Positions 39,786 to 49,815 of a DNA stretch of 64,000 bases are shown here, piece by piece (within the stretch, counting starts at the first letter, position 1; each line of letters begins with the position of its first letter). The position numbers and the translations under genes are program-made. Location: the NCBI GenBank assembly GCA_963736005.1, contig CAVTNB010000001.1, positions 672,001 through 736,000 of the forward strand. The letters run 5' to 3'. The notes beneath the pieces were generated by a model. It was given only the letters and a program-made list of their open reading frames with translations. It ran no database searches and was not told where the DNA came from. Source of the stretch: an uncultured Pseudomonadota bacterium. Lineage in GTDB: Bacteria; Vulcanimicrobiota; Vulcanimicrobiia; Eremiobacterales; Eremiobacteraceae.

Positions 39786-40630
39786 GACTCCACCACCACG
39801 TGCAACTTTTCTGCATGGTTGAGCGATGCGCGGGCGCTCAGCGGCAGCCAAGGATTGGCTTCGATCTTGCCGAGGATTCGCTCGTAGATCCCCGCCATCG
39901 TTTTGACGCACACCGCGGATCGACGAGGGATGTAATCGAGCACGCGCAGCCCCGATGCATACATGCGTGCGGCGCGCGCGGCTTCGAAGCGCACAAATTG
40001 CGGCCAGGCGGCGCCGCCGCGACTGCACAGCAGATCGGATTCAGTGATGCCGAAGCGCTCCAGCTCGTCTCCGGGGAGATAGATTCGGCCCCTAGCAGCG
40101 TCCTCACGCACGTCACGCAGAATATTGGTAAGCTGCAGCGCCAACCCGAGCTCCTCCGCGTGCTCGAGCGCCACCGCAGCCGTGTACCCGAAGATGCGCA
40201 CGCACATGCGACCGACCACCGAAGCAACTAGCCGACAGTACTCGCGTAGGTCGGACCACGTGGCATACCGGGTGCGGTGCAGATCGGTCTCAACGCCGTC
40301 GATGAGTTCTTGAAGTTCAGATTCAGGGATGTGGTAGCGCGCGATTGCCAAAGACAAGACCTGCGTCACCGGATCGGAATATTCACCGCGCATGCATGCG
40401 CGAATCCGAAGACGATGTGCCTCAAGGCGCGCGCGCAAGTCGGAGCCCACGTGCTCGTCTGCGTCATCGTCGACCTGCCGTGCAAAATCATACAACGCGT
40501 AGACGGCGGTGCGCTGCTCGTGGGGCAGCGAGATGAAACCCCAGTAGAAGTTCTTTGCATTGCGCCGTGCGAGCGCGCCGCAGCAGCGCTCCGAGTTACG
40601 CAAGTCAAGGGCCGTTTCAACTTCTCTCAC
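39767..40630 (-). CDS. hpnD: Presqualene diphosphate synthase
   Basis: NFY.G, Y.FAR..DD, YC..VAS.VG, QLTNILRDV.ED...GR.YLP. Confidence 0.88.
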   Translation of the reverse strand: MREVETALDLRNSERCCGALARRNAKNFYWGFISLPHEQRTAVYALYDFARQVDDDADEHVGSDLRARLEAHRLRIRACMRGEYSDPVTQVLSLAIARYHIPESELQELIDGVETDLHRTRYATWSDLREYCRLVASVVGRMCVRIFGYTAAVALEHAEELGLALQLTNILRDVREDAARGRIYLPGDELERFGITESDLLCSRGGAAWPQFVRFEAARAARMYASGLRVLDYIPRRSAVCVKTMAGIYERILGKIEANPWLPLSARASLNHAEKLHVVVESWLQAG

Positions 40631-40634
40631 GCGC

Positions 40635-41483
40635 TCAAGCCGCTTCCAGTTTTTTTGCGTCGCGGTTCTCGCGCAGGCTTAAAACGCACGCACGCAGCAG
40701 CAGGAGAGCTTTTGCTGTTTTGGATACTTGGGGCCGATGCTTATCGGTTGCAAAGCCTTGATGTGCGATCGCGTCAACGATTGCCAACCCGCCGAGACGG
40801 TAGAGCATCAGCTGCACCCGATAGGCAAATGGCGCCATTGCCTCGAGCGCAACGCCGCAAGCCAACAGGTCGCGTGCGCGTTCGCACAATGAGCGGACGG
40901 CAAGCGCTGTGCCCCCAGCCCGCAGGTCTGACTGTAGCAGATAGCAGCGGCCGCGTGCGGTGTCGCGAGCGACATCCTGCGCGTGATTGGCGAGCTGCAA
41001 GCCGATGCACACTTCATCGGAAAGCGATGTCGCTTTGGGAGCCATGAGTCCAAAGACGGGCAACACCATGCGCCCAACCGGCGCCGCGGACAACTCGCAG
41101 TAGGCGCGTAACTGCTGCCATGATTCATACGCCGTGACCTGCTGATCCTGGACGTTCGCTTGGATGAGATCCAAAAACGGTTGTTGAGGAATCCGACAGC
41201 GCGCCACGGTTTCCCGAAGCGCGATGAGCACCGGATGCACTGGTTCCGCGCCAGCGAACAGGCCTGCGACCTCGTCGCGCCAGCGGTCAAGGCGTTCGAT
41301 CGCGCGGTCGCCGCTTTCATCGCCAAGATCGTCGGTCGTCCTGCAGTACGCGTAGATGCGGGTCAGGTCACGCGCCTGTTGGCCCCGCACGAGGCCGCAG
41401 ACGACGACGAAATTCTCATAGTGCCGCCGCGCGAGAAACCGGCAATATTCGTCGGCCGACGTAAGCGCAGTGAGTTCGTTCAC
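40635..41483 (-). CDS. hpnC: Hydroxysqualene synthase
   Basis: HYENF, IYAYCR..DD.GDE, SA.PVGR, C.GLQL.N..QD. Confidence 0.9.
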   Translation of the reverse strand: MNELTALTSADEYCRFLARRHYENFVVVCGLVRGQQARDLTRIYAYCRTTDDLGDESGDRAIERLDRWRDEVAGLFAGAEPVHPVLIALRETVARCRIPQQPFLDLIQANVQDQQVTAYESWQQLRAYCELSAAPVGRMVLPVFGLMAPKATSLSDEVCIGLQLANHAQDVARDTARGRCYLLQSDLRAGGTALAVRSLCERARDLLACGVALEAMAPFAYRVQLMLYRLGGLAIVDAIAHQGFATDKHRPQVSKTAKALLLLRACVLSLRENRDAKKLEAA

Positions 41484-43021
41484 CGCTCAAGGACCTGAAC
41501 CACAACGCTGCGTTCGCGTGGCGAGCACAACTCGATGAGAAAGATGCGCTGCCAGCGCCCGAGCTCCAGGCGGCCGTCGATCACGGGCACGATCTCGCTT
41601 GAGGAGAGAAGCAAATGACGGCAGTGCGCGTGACCGTTGATCGGTTCATCTGGCGGCGTGTTGCGCCGTCGTGTCAGGTCATCATGTTCGTAGAGGCCGT
41701 TACCCGCCGGCACGAGACGATCGAGCAAACGCCCGAAGTCACCGAGCAGCAGTTCCTCATTTTCGTTGACGCGAATCGCGGCGGTTGTGTGAGAGGAGTA
41801 GACATGAACCACGCCCTCACGCACGCCTGACGCGGCCAAGACTCCCGCTACGTCGTCCGTAATGTCGATAAAGGATCCCGCGCGTGCCGTCTTATATTGG
41901 AGGCGGCCGACGGTGGGAAGCGCGGTCTCGGGTTCCCCTTCGCGACGCAGCCAGGGGGTGCGCCGCAAGTCTGCAATCGTGCGTGTGCCGATGGCGAACA
42001 TGCAAACGCGGAGCACTTCAATGAGTTCGCTCGCGAGCTCGTGGACCGCCGCAGTGTTTTGAGCCGCAGCGCGCAAGAAGGGTCCCGCAATGCCCACGAG
42101 GTCAGCACCTAGCGCTATCGCTTTCGCCGCATCAATGCCGTTGCGGATGCCGCCGCTTGCGAAGATCAATCCGTCGGGCACCGCGCGGCGTGCTGCTCGC
42201 AGCGACGCAGCCGTGGGAATGCCCCAGCCGGCAAACATACCGGCGACGCGAGCCCGCAGTGGATCGCTAATGCGATGACGTTCGACCTCGCTCCACGACG
42301 TGCCACCGGCGCCGGCGACGTCGACGGCGCTGACGCCCGCATCGAACAGGGCGCGCACGATATCGGGCGCAAGTCCCCAGCCGACCTCTTTAACGATGAT
42401 CGGAACTTCGAGCACGCGACACACGTCGGCGATCTTGGAGAGCAAACCCGAGAAGCTTGCATCACCGCCGGGCTGGAGCGCTTCTTGCAGCGCGTTGAGG
42501 TGAAGGACGAGCGCATCCGCGCCAAGTTGCGACACAAGCCGCCGGCAATGGTCAGCATCGTAGCCACGGTTCAGCTGCACGGCCCCAAGGTTCGCGAAGA
42601 GCAAGATGTCTGGCGCAAGCGAACGGACAGCGAAAGAATTCAGCAACTCTGGGTGTTCGAGCAGCACGCGTCCGGAACCCAAACCCAACGCTAAGCCGAG
42701 CTCCTGCGCAACGCGCGCCAGATTACGATTGATGCGTCGCGCCTCATCGGTACCACCGGTCATGCACGAGATCAAAAGCGGCGCGGCAAGCTTGCGCCCA
42801 AAAATCTCGGTCGAAGTGTTGATCTCGGCTAAATCGACATCAGGCAGGGCACGGTGGATGAAGCGGTAGTCGTCAAAGCCGTTGCTGACGCCTTTGGCCG
42901 TGACATCCGCTTCCAGGTTGATGCGGATGTGGTCCGCTTTGCGCGATGGAATTCCATCCTCGCTGGCTTTGACCGTGTACAGTTGACGGTCGGTTTGTCT
43001 ATCGACGCCGACGTGCGACAT
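41480..43021 (-). CDS. fni: Type 2 IPP isomerase fused to a C-terminal YjbQ/UPF0047 domain
   Basis: N-part: RKADHI, MTGG, NLGAVQ, HLN.LQE, KEVG.G, AG.GGTSW, SGGIR.G. C-part: IDIT, HTTA...NENE, Y.HD, NGHAH, LG.WQ.IFL.E...PR.R. Confidence 0.9.
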   Translation of the reverse strand: MSHVGVDRQTDRQLYTVKASEDGIPSRKADHIRINLEADVTAKGVSNGFDDYRFIHRALPDVDLAEINTSTEIFGRKLAAPLLISCMTGGTDEARRINRNLARVAQELGLALGLGSGRVLLEHPELLNSFAVRSLAPDILLFANLGAVQLNRGYDADHCRRLVSQLGADALVLHLNALQEALQPGGDASFSGLLSKIADVCRVLEVPIIVKEVGWGLAPDIVRALFDAGVSAVDVAGAGGTSWSEVERHRISDPLRARVAGMFAGWGIPTAASLRAARRAVPDGLIFASGGIRNGIDAAKAIALGADLVGIAGPFLRAAAQNTAAVHELASELIEVLRVCMFAIGTRTIADLRRTPWLRREGEPETALPTVGRLQYKTARAGSFIDITDDVAGVLAASGVREGVVHVYSSHTTAAIRVNENEELLLGDFGRLLDRLVPAGNGLYEHDDLTRRRNTPPDEPINGHAHCRHLLLSSSEIVPVIDGRLELGRWQRIFLIELCSPRERSVVVQVLER

Positions 43022-44054
43022 AATGCGCTACCTCGAGGAACTGGTCAACGTGCTGGCGCGGAAGCCGACTCGCCTCAACAATGGCGGCTGCCCGGTCAGC
43101 AAAGTGCTGAGGAGCATTGCGGGTGAGTTCGGCTCCGCCGGCCGCTTCGAGCAACGAACGGATCTCAGGCAAATGCTCGCCCGACCCCCGCGATGCGGTG
43201 AAGAGTTCTCGCAAGCGCGCGCGCCCGTGCTCGCCCATCGCTGCATAGCCCGCCACAACCGGAAAGGTCAGCTTGCAGCGGCCGAGATCGCCGCTCGAAG
43301 ATTTCCCAGTAATCGCAGAATCGCCCCATGTGCCCAACCAATCATCACGGATTTGGAAGGCGATGCCAAGCAACGTGCCCGCGTAGCCCAGACGCTCGGA
43401 AAGGTGGTCATCAGCACCCGCCATGACCGCTCCCGCCTCCAGACTTGCGCCAATGAGGGCACCTGTCTTCGCTCGAACCATTCGCAAGTAGGCTCGCAAC
43501 GTTGTGTCGGGCTTCCCTTCAAACCGCAAGTCGAGCGATTGGCCCTCGACAACGACGAGAACAGCATCCGCGATCAGTCGCGTGGCTCGCAACTGCCGTT
43601 CGGGATGCGAGGCGTTTGTGGTCAGCGTTGCAAACGCTCTGGCGAATAAGGCGTCTCCCGCGTTGATGCCTTGGGCGAGTCCCCAGATCGCCCACACCGT
43701 TTCTCGGCCGCGCCGTTCGCGATCTCCATCCTGGATGTCATCGTGCACCAACGTGAAGTTATGCACCCATTCGAGCGCCGCAGCGGCGGGTAGGGCTGTT
43801 TCAGGTGAACCGCCACACGCTTGACATGCCCACAAGCACAAGGCGGGCCGTATGAGCTTACCAGGCGATGACTGCGTCGGTTGGCCATCACGGTCCGTCC
43901 AACCCATGTGATACGCGATCATTTTGGAGCTGAAGGAGGCGTTCGCCGGCGCTGTTTCGCGCAAGTTTGCGACGATTGCATCCTTGTGCAACGTCAGGAT
44001 TGGCGGAACGTCAACACCGCCAGCCGTCTCGCTTACCAGCGTCTCGTAGGCCAC
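42999..44054 (-). CDS. Polyprenyl diphosphate (FPP/GGPP) synthase
   Basis: GK..RP, LVHDDIQDGD..RRG, KTGAL, FQIRDD. Confidence 0.92.
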   Translation of the reverse strand: MAYETLVSETAGGVDVPPILTLHKDAIVANLRETAPANASFSSKMIAYHMGWTDRDGQPTQSSPGKLIRPALCLWACQACGGSPETALPAAAALEWVHNFTLVHDDIQDGDRERRGRETVWAIWGLAQGINAGDALFARAFATLTTNASHPERQLRATRLIADAVLVVVEGQSLDLRFEGKPDTTLRAYLRMVRAKTGALIGASLEAGAVMAGADDHLSERLGYAGTLLGIAFQIRDDWLGTWGDSAITGKSSSGDLGRCKLTFPVVAGYAAMGEHGRARLRELFTASRGSGEHLPEIRSLLEAAGGAELTRNAPQHFADRAAAIVEASRLPRQHVDQFLEVAHYVARRRR

Positions 44055-44287
44055 ATGCAGATTCTCCGGGAGTCCGGCAATCGTGCGAACGGAGAATTTA
44101 CGTACGGAAGTATAAAGACAGATGACGCACGCCTTGCCGGATTTCGTTCCGCGAGCGTTTCGTTTCTTCTATCATACCCCCATCCCTGTGTCACATTCTT
44201 ATAGAAGAAAGAGCGACGATCGACTCGACGAAATAACAAGTCGACTCTTTCGTCCACCGCGCCTGTGTGCTCGTGCTTGTGAGGGGC

Positions 44288-45145
44288 CTACGCCCAAACT
44301 GTTTCCGCTTGCGGGAACCAATCCATCAGCTTGTCGATGACTTCGTCCGCGAGAAAGCCAGGCGTCGATGCGCCAGTGGCGATGCCGACTCGCTCTTCGC
44401 CATTGAACCACTCGCGTTTGAGATCATCGGGGTTCTCGATGAGATGCGCCTTTGCGCCCTCGGCCATGGAAATCTCGGCGAGGTGCCTCGTATTGGCGGA
44501 CTTGGTGCCGCCGATGACGATCATGGTATCGACTTCGCCCGCAAGCTCGCGTGCTGATTTCTGCCGTCCCTGCGTGTCCGAGCAAATGGTGTTGTAGACG
44601 CGCACCTCGTAGTTCATCCCTGCAATCTTGCCGACAAGCTCGCGGAACTTATCGCCGTTGAGCGTGCTCTGCGAAACGATCGCAAGGCGGCGCGCGCGCC
44701 GGATTTCAGTTTCGTCCTCGGGCCACTCGTTCATGATGATGGAGCCGGGGGCGTGCCCGGCTATCCCCTTGACTTCAGGATGATTGGGATCGCCCAAAAT
44801 GACAACTGTGCGACCCTCGTCCGTGAGCTTCTTTGCGAGCCGCTGGGTGCGAGTGACCATTGGGCACGTCGCGTCAACCACGCGGAGCCCCTTAGCTTCC
44901 GCCGCTTCAATGGTCTGGGGCGGCAAACCGTGCGCGCGGACAAAAAGGGTGCCGGTCGAGATGTCGTCGAGGGATTCGACGTTACGCAAACCTTTTTCGT
45001 CGAGCTCCTTCACGATGAGCGGGTTATGCACGATGTTTCCCATCGTGTGGACATCGTCGCGTTCCGAGGTTTCGGAAAGCGCCTTCTTATACGTCAGCTC
45101 AACGCCGAAGCAGAACCCCTGAGTCCGAGCTTTTTGAATCTGCAT
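44288..45145 (-). CDS. ispH: HMBPP reductase
   Basis: GFCFGV, IVHN, AHG, DATCP.V, HPEV, TIC..T..RQ, SANT, GASTP. Confidence 0.96.
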   Translation of the reverse strand: MQIQKARTQGFCFGVELTYKKALSETSERDDVHTMGNIVHNPLIVKELDEKGLRNVESLDDISTGTLFVRAHGLPPQTIEAAEAKGLRVVDATCPMVTRTQRLAKKLTDEGRTVVILGDPNHPEVKGIAGHAPGSIIMNEWPEDETEIRRARRLAIVSQSTLNGDKFRELVGKIAGMNYEVRVYNTICSDTQGRQKSARELAGEVDTMIVIGGTKSANTRHLAEISMAEGAKAHLIENPDDLKREWFNGEERVGIATGASTPGFLADEVIDKLMDWFPQAETVWA

Positions 45146-45737
45146 TCTTCCCCATTAATTCGGCAATGCGCGCCGCAAGCAACTCAGTCCAACCTGTCAA
45201 TTCGTTTTTCGTTGGCTTTCGTTCGCTTCCCTGGAACCGTAGTGGCGCACCGATGCACACTCGGACATGGCTTGCGCGAAGCCGCCGGGCTGCGACATTT
45301 GTGCCAAGCAGGGCGACCGGCACGAGCGGACACTTTGCGGTGGCGGCAAGGAGCACGGCGCCGTTGCGCGCCTGCACATCCCCTTGCGTATTGCGCCGTC
45401 CTTCGGGAAAGATGCCGACGACTTCACCACTCTTGAGAAGGCGCAACGCTCGGCGAATCGCACCGACGTCGCCACTTTCCCGTTCGACGGGGAACGCGTG
45501 CACTCGGGTGAGGATCGAACCAAACAAAGGATTCGTAAAGAGTTCTCGCTTGGCCATGAAATGTATGGTGCGCGGAAACCACGTCCCCAAGAGAGGCGGG
45601 TCCCAATACGAGAGGTGATTCGAAGCCACAACGAGCGGCCCATCGGTGGGTACGTTTTCGACACCGCTGACGCGAGCATCGAATGCGAGCCTCGTGGCTG
45701 GGCGCAACACGACCTTGACAAAGTTGTATAGGGTCAT
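45099..45737 (-). CDS. plsC: 1-acyl-sn-glycerol-3-phosphate acyltransferase
   Basis: NHLSYWD, F.AK.EL, FPEG.R. Confidence 0.9.
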   Translation of the reverse strand: MTLYNFVKVVLRPATRLAFDARVSGVENVPTDGPLVVASNHLSYWDPPLLGTWFPRTIHFMAKRELFTNPLFGSILTRVHAFPVERESGDVGAIRRALRLLKSGEVVGIFPEGRRNTQGDVQARNGAVLLAATAKCPLVPVALLGTNVAARRLRASHVRVCIGAPLRFQGSERKPTKNELTGWTELLAARIAELMGKNADSKSSDSGVLLRR

Positions 45738-46411
45738 GCCGGTCCGCTTTTCACCGTGCGCTCGAGTGCGTCAGCAACTTCTTCGACGGTCAAATCTGAT
45801 GTGTCGATTTCAATTGCATCAGGCGCTCTCATCAAAGGCGATACTTTGCGACTGGTATCGCGCTTGTCGCGCAGGATGATCTCGCGGCGCAATTCGTCAC
45901 GATTCATCATAATGCCGGCTTCGTGCAGTTCGCGCAAGCGACGATCAACTCGCGCGTCCACTGAAGCTGTGAGAAAAAATTTGAAGCGCGCATCGGGGAG
46001 CACGACCGTTCCGATGTCACGGCCGGCCATGACCACAGCACGCTTATCGGCAAACGCGCGCTGCGCACCGATGAGCCGCTGCCGCACCGCGGCCATGGCG
46101 GCGATAGGCGAGACAGCCTGCGAAACTTCAGGCGAAAAGAGCTCTTGCCCAAGCAGTTTGCCATCAATGCGGATGCGGTAGCTCAGCGGATCGCGTTGAT
46201 CCAGCATGACTTCGGGTGTGGCGCGCGCCACCAGTTCATCAACTCGAACTGCGTCGTCGGGCGCAATGCCTGCCTTGAGAGCAACGTAGGCGACTGCGCG
46301 GTAAAGCGCACCCGTGTCCAAGAATGCATAGCCAAGCCTTTCGGCAAGTCTTCTTGCGACGGTGCTTTTTCCCGACGCAACCGGTCCATCGATGGCGATC
46401 TGAACCTGCAT
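45734..46411 (-). CDS. cmk: Cytidylate kinase
   Basis: IAIDGP.ASGKST, DTGALYR, GRDIGTVV.PDA. Confidence 0.96.
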   Translation of the reverse strand: MQVQIAIDGPVASGKSTVARRLAERLGYAFLDTGALYRAVAYVALKAGIAPDDAVRVDELVARATPEVMLDQRDPLSYRIRIDGKLLGQELFSPEVSQAVSPIAAMAAVRQRLIGAQRAFADKRAVVMAGRDIGTVVLPDARFKFFLTASVDARVDRRLRELHEAGIMMNRDELRREIILRDKRDTSRKVSPLMRAPDAIEIDTSDLTVEEVADALERTVKSGPA

Positions 46412-46434
46412 CCCCAGCCCATCTTCACACTGGT

Positions 46435-46459
46435 ATAGCGGGCGACTGTCAAGTCGCCC
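46435..46459. repeat. REP type A, opposite orientation, in the cmk/hutH divergent spacer
   Basis: atag-c-gggcgactgtcaagtcgccc. Confidence 0.85.
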
Positions 46460-46502
46460 ACGGACAACGCCGCTTGGCCGCTGGATTCGGTTCTGGAAAG
46501 CC

Positions 46503-48086
46503 GTGACCTTGGACAGCCGGAAGCGGCCCAGGCCGGCCCGAACAAGCGTCGTGATGCAGACAGCGCCTATCGTTCACATCGATGGTACAAATCTCACATT
46601 AGATCTCGTCAACCGCATCGCAACCGACCGAGTTGGCGTTGCGCTCGACGCGCGCGCCTTGCCACGCATCGCCGCCGCTCGTGAAGTTGTCGAGCGCGCG
46701 GTTGCCTCCAACGGACGAATCTACGGCGTCACGACCGGTTTCGGTAGACTCAAGAACGTCAGGATCGATCCAACCGAGGCTACCGAACTCCAGCGAAATT
46801 TGATCTTGAGCCACGCATGCGGGGTAGGCGAGCCGCTGCCGTGGGCTGCCGCTCGCGCAAGCATGCTCTTACGCGCTCATTCACTCGCGCGTGGGTATTG
46901 CGGCGTTCGCGTCGAGGTGATCGCGCTGCTCATCGAGCTGCTCAACCGCAATGTGACTCCGGTGATTCCGTCGCAGGGGTCGGTCGGCTGTTCGGGCGAT
47001 CTCGCGCCGCTCGCCCATATGGCGCTGGTTCTTATTGGCGAGGGTGAAGCGTGGGTAGGAAACGAGCGCGTCAACGGCAAGACGGCGCTCGAGCGCGCGG
47101 GTCTGTTGCCGCTCACTCTTTCATTTAAAGAGGGGCTCTCGCTCATCAATGGCACGCAAATCATGACCGGCATCGGCGCACTCGCGCTCGTGCGTGCCGA
47201 CAATGCGCTCCGGGCCGCTGACATCACCGGCGCCATGAGCCTTGAAGCCTATTTCGGAACCGATAGCGCCTTTGCAGAGCGCATTAACGCGTTGCGCCCG
47301 CATCACGGGCAAGCCCATACCGCCGCCAACATCCGCCGGTTGCTGCAAGGTTCCGGCGTTCTTGCTTCGCATCGCGATTGCGACCGCGTCCAAGATCCGT
47401 ACTCGTTCCGCTGCATGCCGGTCGTGCATGGCGCCGCCCGTGATACGCTGCGCTTCGCGCACAACACGCTCGATATCGAGATCAACTCCGTCACCGACAA
47501 CCCGATTATTTTCGCCGACGACAGCTCGCTCGTGAGCAACGGAAATTTCCATGGTGGGCCAGTCGGTCTCGCGCTCGACTATGCGAAGATCGCGCTCACG
47601 GATGCGTCCTCCATCGCCGAGCGGCGCATCGACAAACTGCTTTTTGGCGCGGAAGGACTGCCTCCGTTTCTGACCGAGCGATTTGGGTTGTGCAGCGGCT
47701 ATATGCTGGCCCAGTACACAGCCGCGGCGTTGGTGAGCGAAAATAAGACGCTGTCTACACCCGCTTCGGTGGACTCCATCCCGACGTCAGCTGGGCAAGA
47801 GGATCACAACAGCATGGGGACGATTGCGGCACGTCAGTGCGCCTCCGTTGTGGCAAACTACGAGACGGTTGTGGCGATCGAGCTGCTCGTTGCTGCTCAA
47901 GCCCTTGATTTCCGCAAACCGCACGCATTTGGTCGCGGCACCGGACGTGCGCAGCGCTTGATCCGGGAGCACGTGACGCACTTGGGCGCAGATCGCAATC
48001 TCAGCCAAGACGTCGAGGCGGCTCTCGATCTCGTGCGCAGTGGCAAGCTTGTTACAGCGGTGGAAAGTGAGATAGGAGCGCTCTGA
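46503..48086 (+). CDS. hutH: Histidine ammonia-lyase (start may be ATG 46554)
   Basis: [28 protein letters not shown] (MIO tripeptide CSG), KEGL.LING, QD.YS.RC, QEDH.SMG. Confidence 0.95.
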   Translation: MTLDSRKRPRPARTSVVMQTAPIVHIDGTNLTLDLVNRIATDRVGVALDARALPRIAAAREVVERAVASNGRIYGVTTGFGRLKNVRIDPTEATELQRNLILSHACGVGEPLPWAAARASMLLRAHSLARGYCGVRVEVIALLIELLNRNVTPVIPSQGSVGCSGDLAPLAHMALVLIGEGEAWVGNERVNGKTALERAGLLPLTLSFKEGLSLINGTQIMTGIGALALVRADNALRAADITGAMSLEAYFGTDSAFAERINALRPHHGQAHTAANIRRLLQGSGVLASHRDCDRVQDPYSFRCMPVVHGAARDTLRFAHNTLDIEINSVTDNPIIFADDSSLVSNGNFHGGPVGLALDYAKIALTDASSIAERRIDKLLFGAEGLPPFLTERFGLCSGYMLAQYTAAALVSENKTLSTPASVDSIPTSAGQEDHNSMGTIAARQCASVVANYETVVAIELLVAAQALDFRKPHAFGRGTGRAQRLIREHVTHLGADRNLSQDVEAALDLVRSGKLVTAVESEIGAL

Positions 48087-48090
48087 AGAC

Positions 48091-49752
48091 ATGAGCACTG
48101 TGTCAGCACCGCGCGTCGTGCGCGCACCGCGAGGACCTGTGCGCACGTGTCTTGGCTGGGGACAAGAAGCAGCCATGCGGATGCTCATGAACAATTTAGA
48201 TCCCGAGGTTGCGGAGCGGCCACAGGATCTGGTCGTGTACGGGGGCAGCGGTCGCGCGGCCCGCTCGTGGGAAGCATACGATGCTATCGTGCGCACGCTG
48301 CAGCGATTGCGCAATGACGAAACACTCCTCGTCCAGTCGGGCAAACCCGTCGCCGTTTTCCAAACGCACGAGGCGGCGCCTCGAGTGCTGCTTGCCAACT
48401 CCTTGCTTGTGCCCGCGTGGGCAAACTGGAAGACGTTTCGCGAGCTTGAGGCCGCAGGGTCTAACGATGTACGGGCAAATGACTGCGGGCTCATGGATCT
48501 ACATCGGCACCCAGGGCATACTTCAAGGAACGTACGAGACGTTTGCGGCGCTGGCACGCCAGCATTTCGGCGGAACGCTTCGAGGCACGATCATGCTCAC
48601 CGCTGGCCTCGGCGGCATGGGCGGGGCGCAACCGCTCGCCATTACAATGAATGGCGGCGTCGCGATCGTCGTCGAAGTCGATCCTGAGAGAATCCGCCGG
48701 CGCATCGAAGGGCGCTATTGCGACGAGTCGGCGGCAACGATCGACGAGGCGCTCGCCAAAGCGCAAGCCGCAGCAAAAGCAGGCAAGGCGCTATCAATTG
48801 GTCTGATCGGCAATGCCGCGGAAGTTTTTCCCGAGCTGTTGCCACGGAACGCCCCGATCGACATCGTGACGGATCAAACATCCGCTCACGATATGCTCAA
48901 CGGGTACGTGCCCGCTGGCGTATCCTTGGAAGGAGCGAGCCGAGCTTCGCGAGCAGGATCCGGAGCGATATGAGAAGCGAGCGTTCGAATCAATCGCAGC
49001 GCACGTCAACGCGATGACCGGCTTCATGCACGCCGGCGCCGTCGTGTTCGACTACGGCAACAACATCCGCGCGCAAGCACGCTTGCGGGCGTGGAGGACG
49101 CTTTCGCGTTCCCTGGCTTCACGCCGGCGTTCATCCGGCCACTCTTCTGCGAAGGGCAAGGGCCCGTTTCGCTGGGCGGCACTGTCCGGCGATCCCGCCG
49201 ACATCGCGGCGCTCGACGATGCACTGCTTGAGACGTTTCCGGACGACGAGTCACTTGCGGCGCTGGATCGCGCTGGCGCGCGAGCGCGTGAAGTTCCAGG
49301 GATTGCCGGCGCGCATCTGCTGGCTCGGCTACGGCGAGCGGCGCACGTTCGGGCTGCGCATCAACGAGATGGTGCGCTCCGGCGCGCTGGAAGCGCCGAT
49401 CGTCATCGGGCGCGATCACTTGACGCGGGCTCGGTCGCGTCGCCGTATCGGGAGACCGAAGCATGAAAGACGGATCCGATGCGATCGCGGACTGGCCGAT
49501 CCTCAACGCGCTGATCAACGCCGTTGGCGGAGCCCACTGGGTCAGCGTGCACCACGGTGGCGGCGTCGGCATCGGATACTCAATCCACGCCGGGCATGGT
49601 TGTCGTTGCAGACGGCTCCGAGGACGCAGCGGGAAGGTTGAACCGCGTGCTGACCACGCGATCCGGGCATAGGCATCGTCCGTCACGCAGATGCGGGATA
49701 TGCAGAGGCAAGGGCCGCCGCCGATCGCCACGGCATCGACTGGAAACTGTGA
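48091..49752 (+). pseudogene. hutU: Urocanate hydratase with about 9 single-base frameshifts (likely sequencing errors)
   Basis: Colinear HutU motifs spread across frames: [79 protein letters not shown]. Confidence 0.9.
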
Positions 49753-49815
49753 AATTGACGCGATGTAGTCGCGCGAATTTATTCGCGCGTCTGCGTAACT
49801 CACGGAGTTAGTGAC

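Noticed and set aside
46435..46459. TTGACA in type A REP loops as portable -35 elements
   Set aside because: No acceptable -10 hexamer at 16-18 nt spacing in the copies I checked (14030, 46447).
46980..47010. CSG instead of ASG at the HutH MIO site as a novelty
   Set aside because: I recall CSG in other bacterial histidine ammonia-lyases, and the His-specific SH motif is intact.
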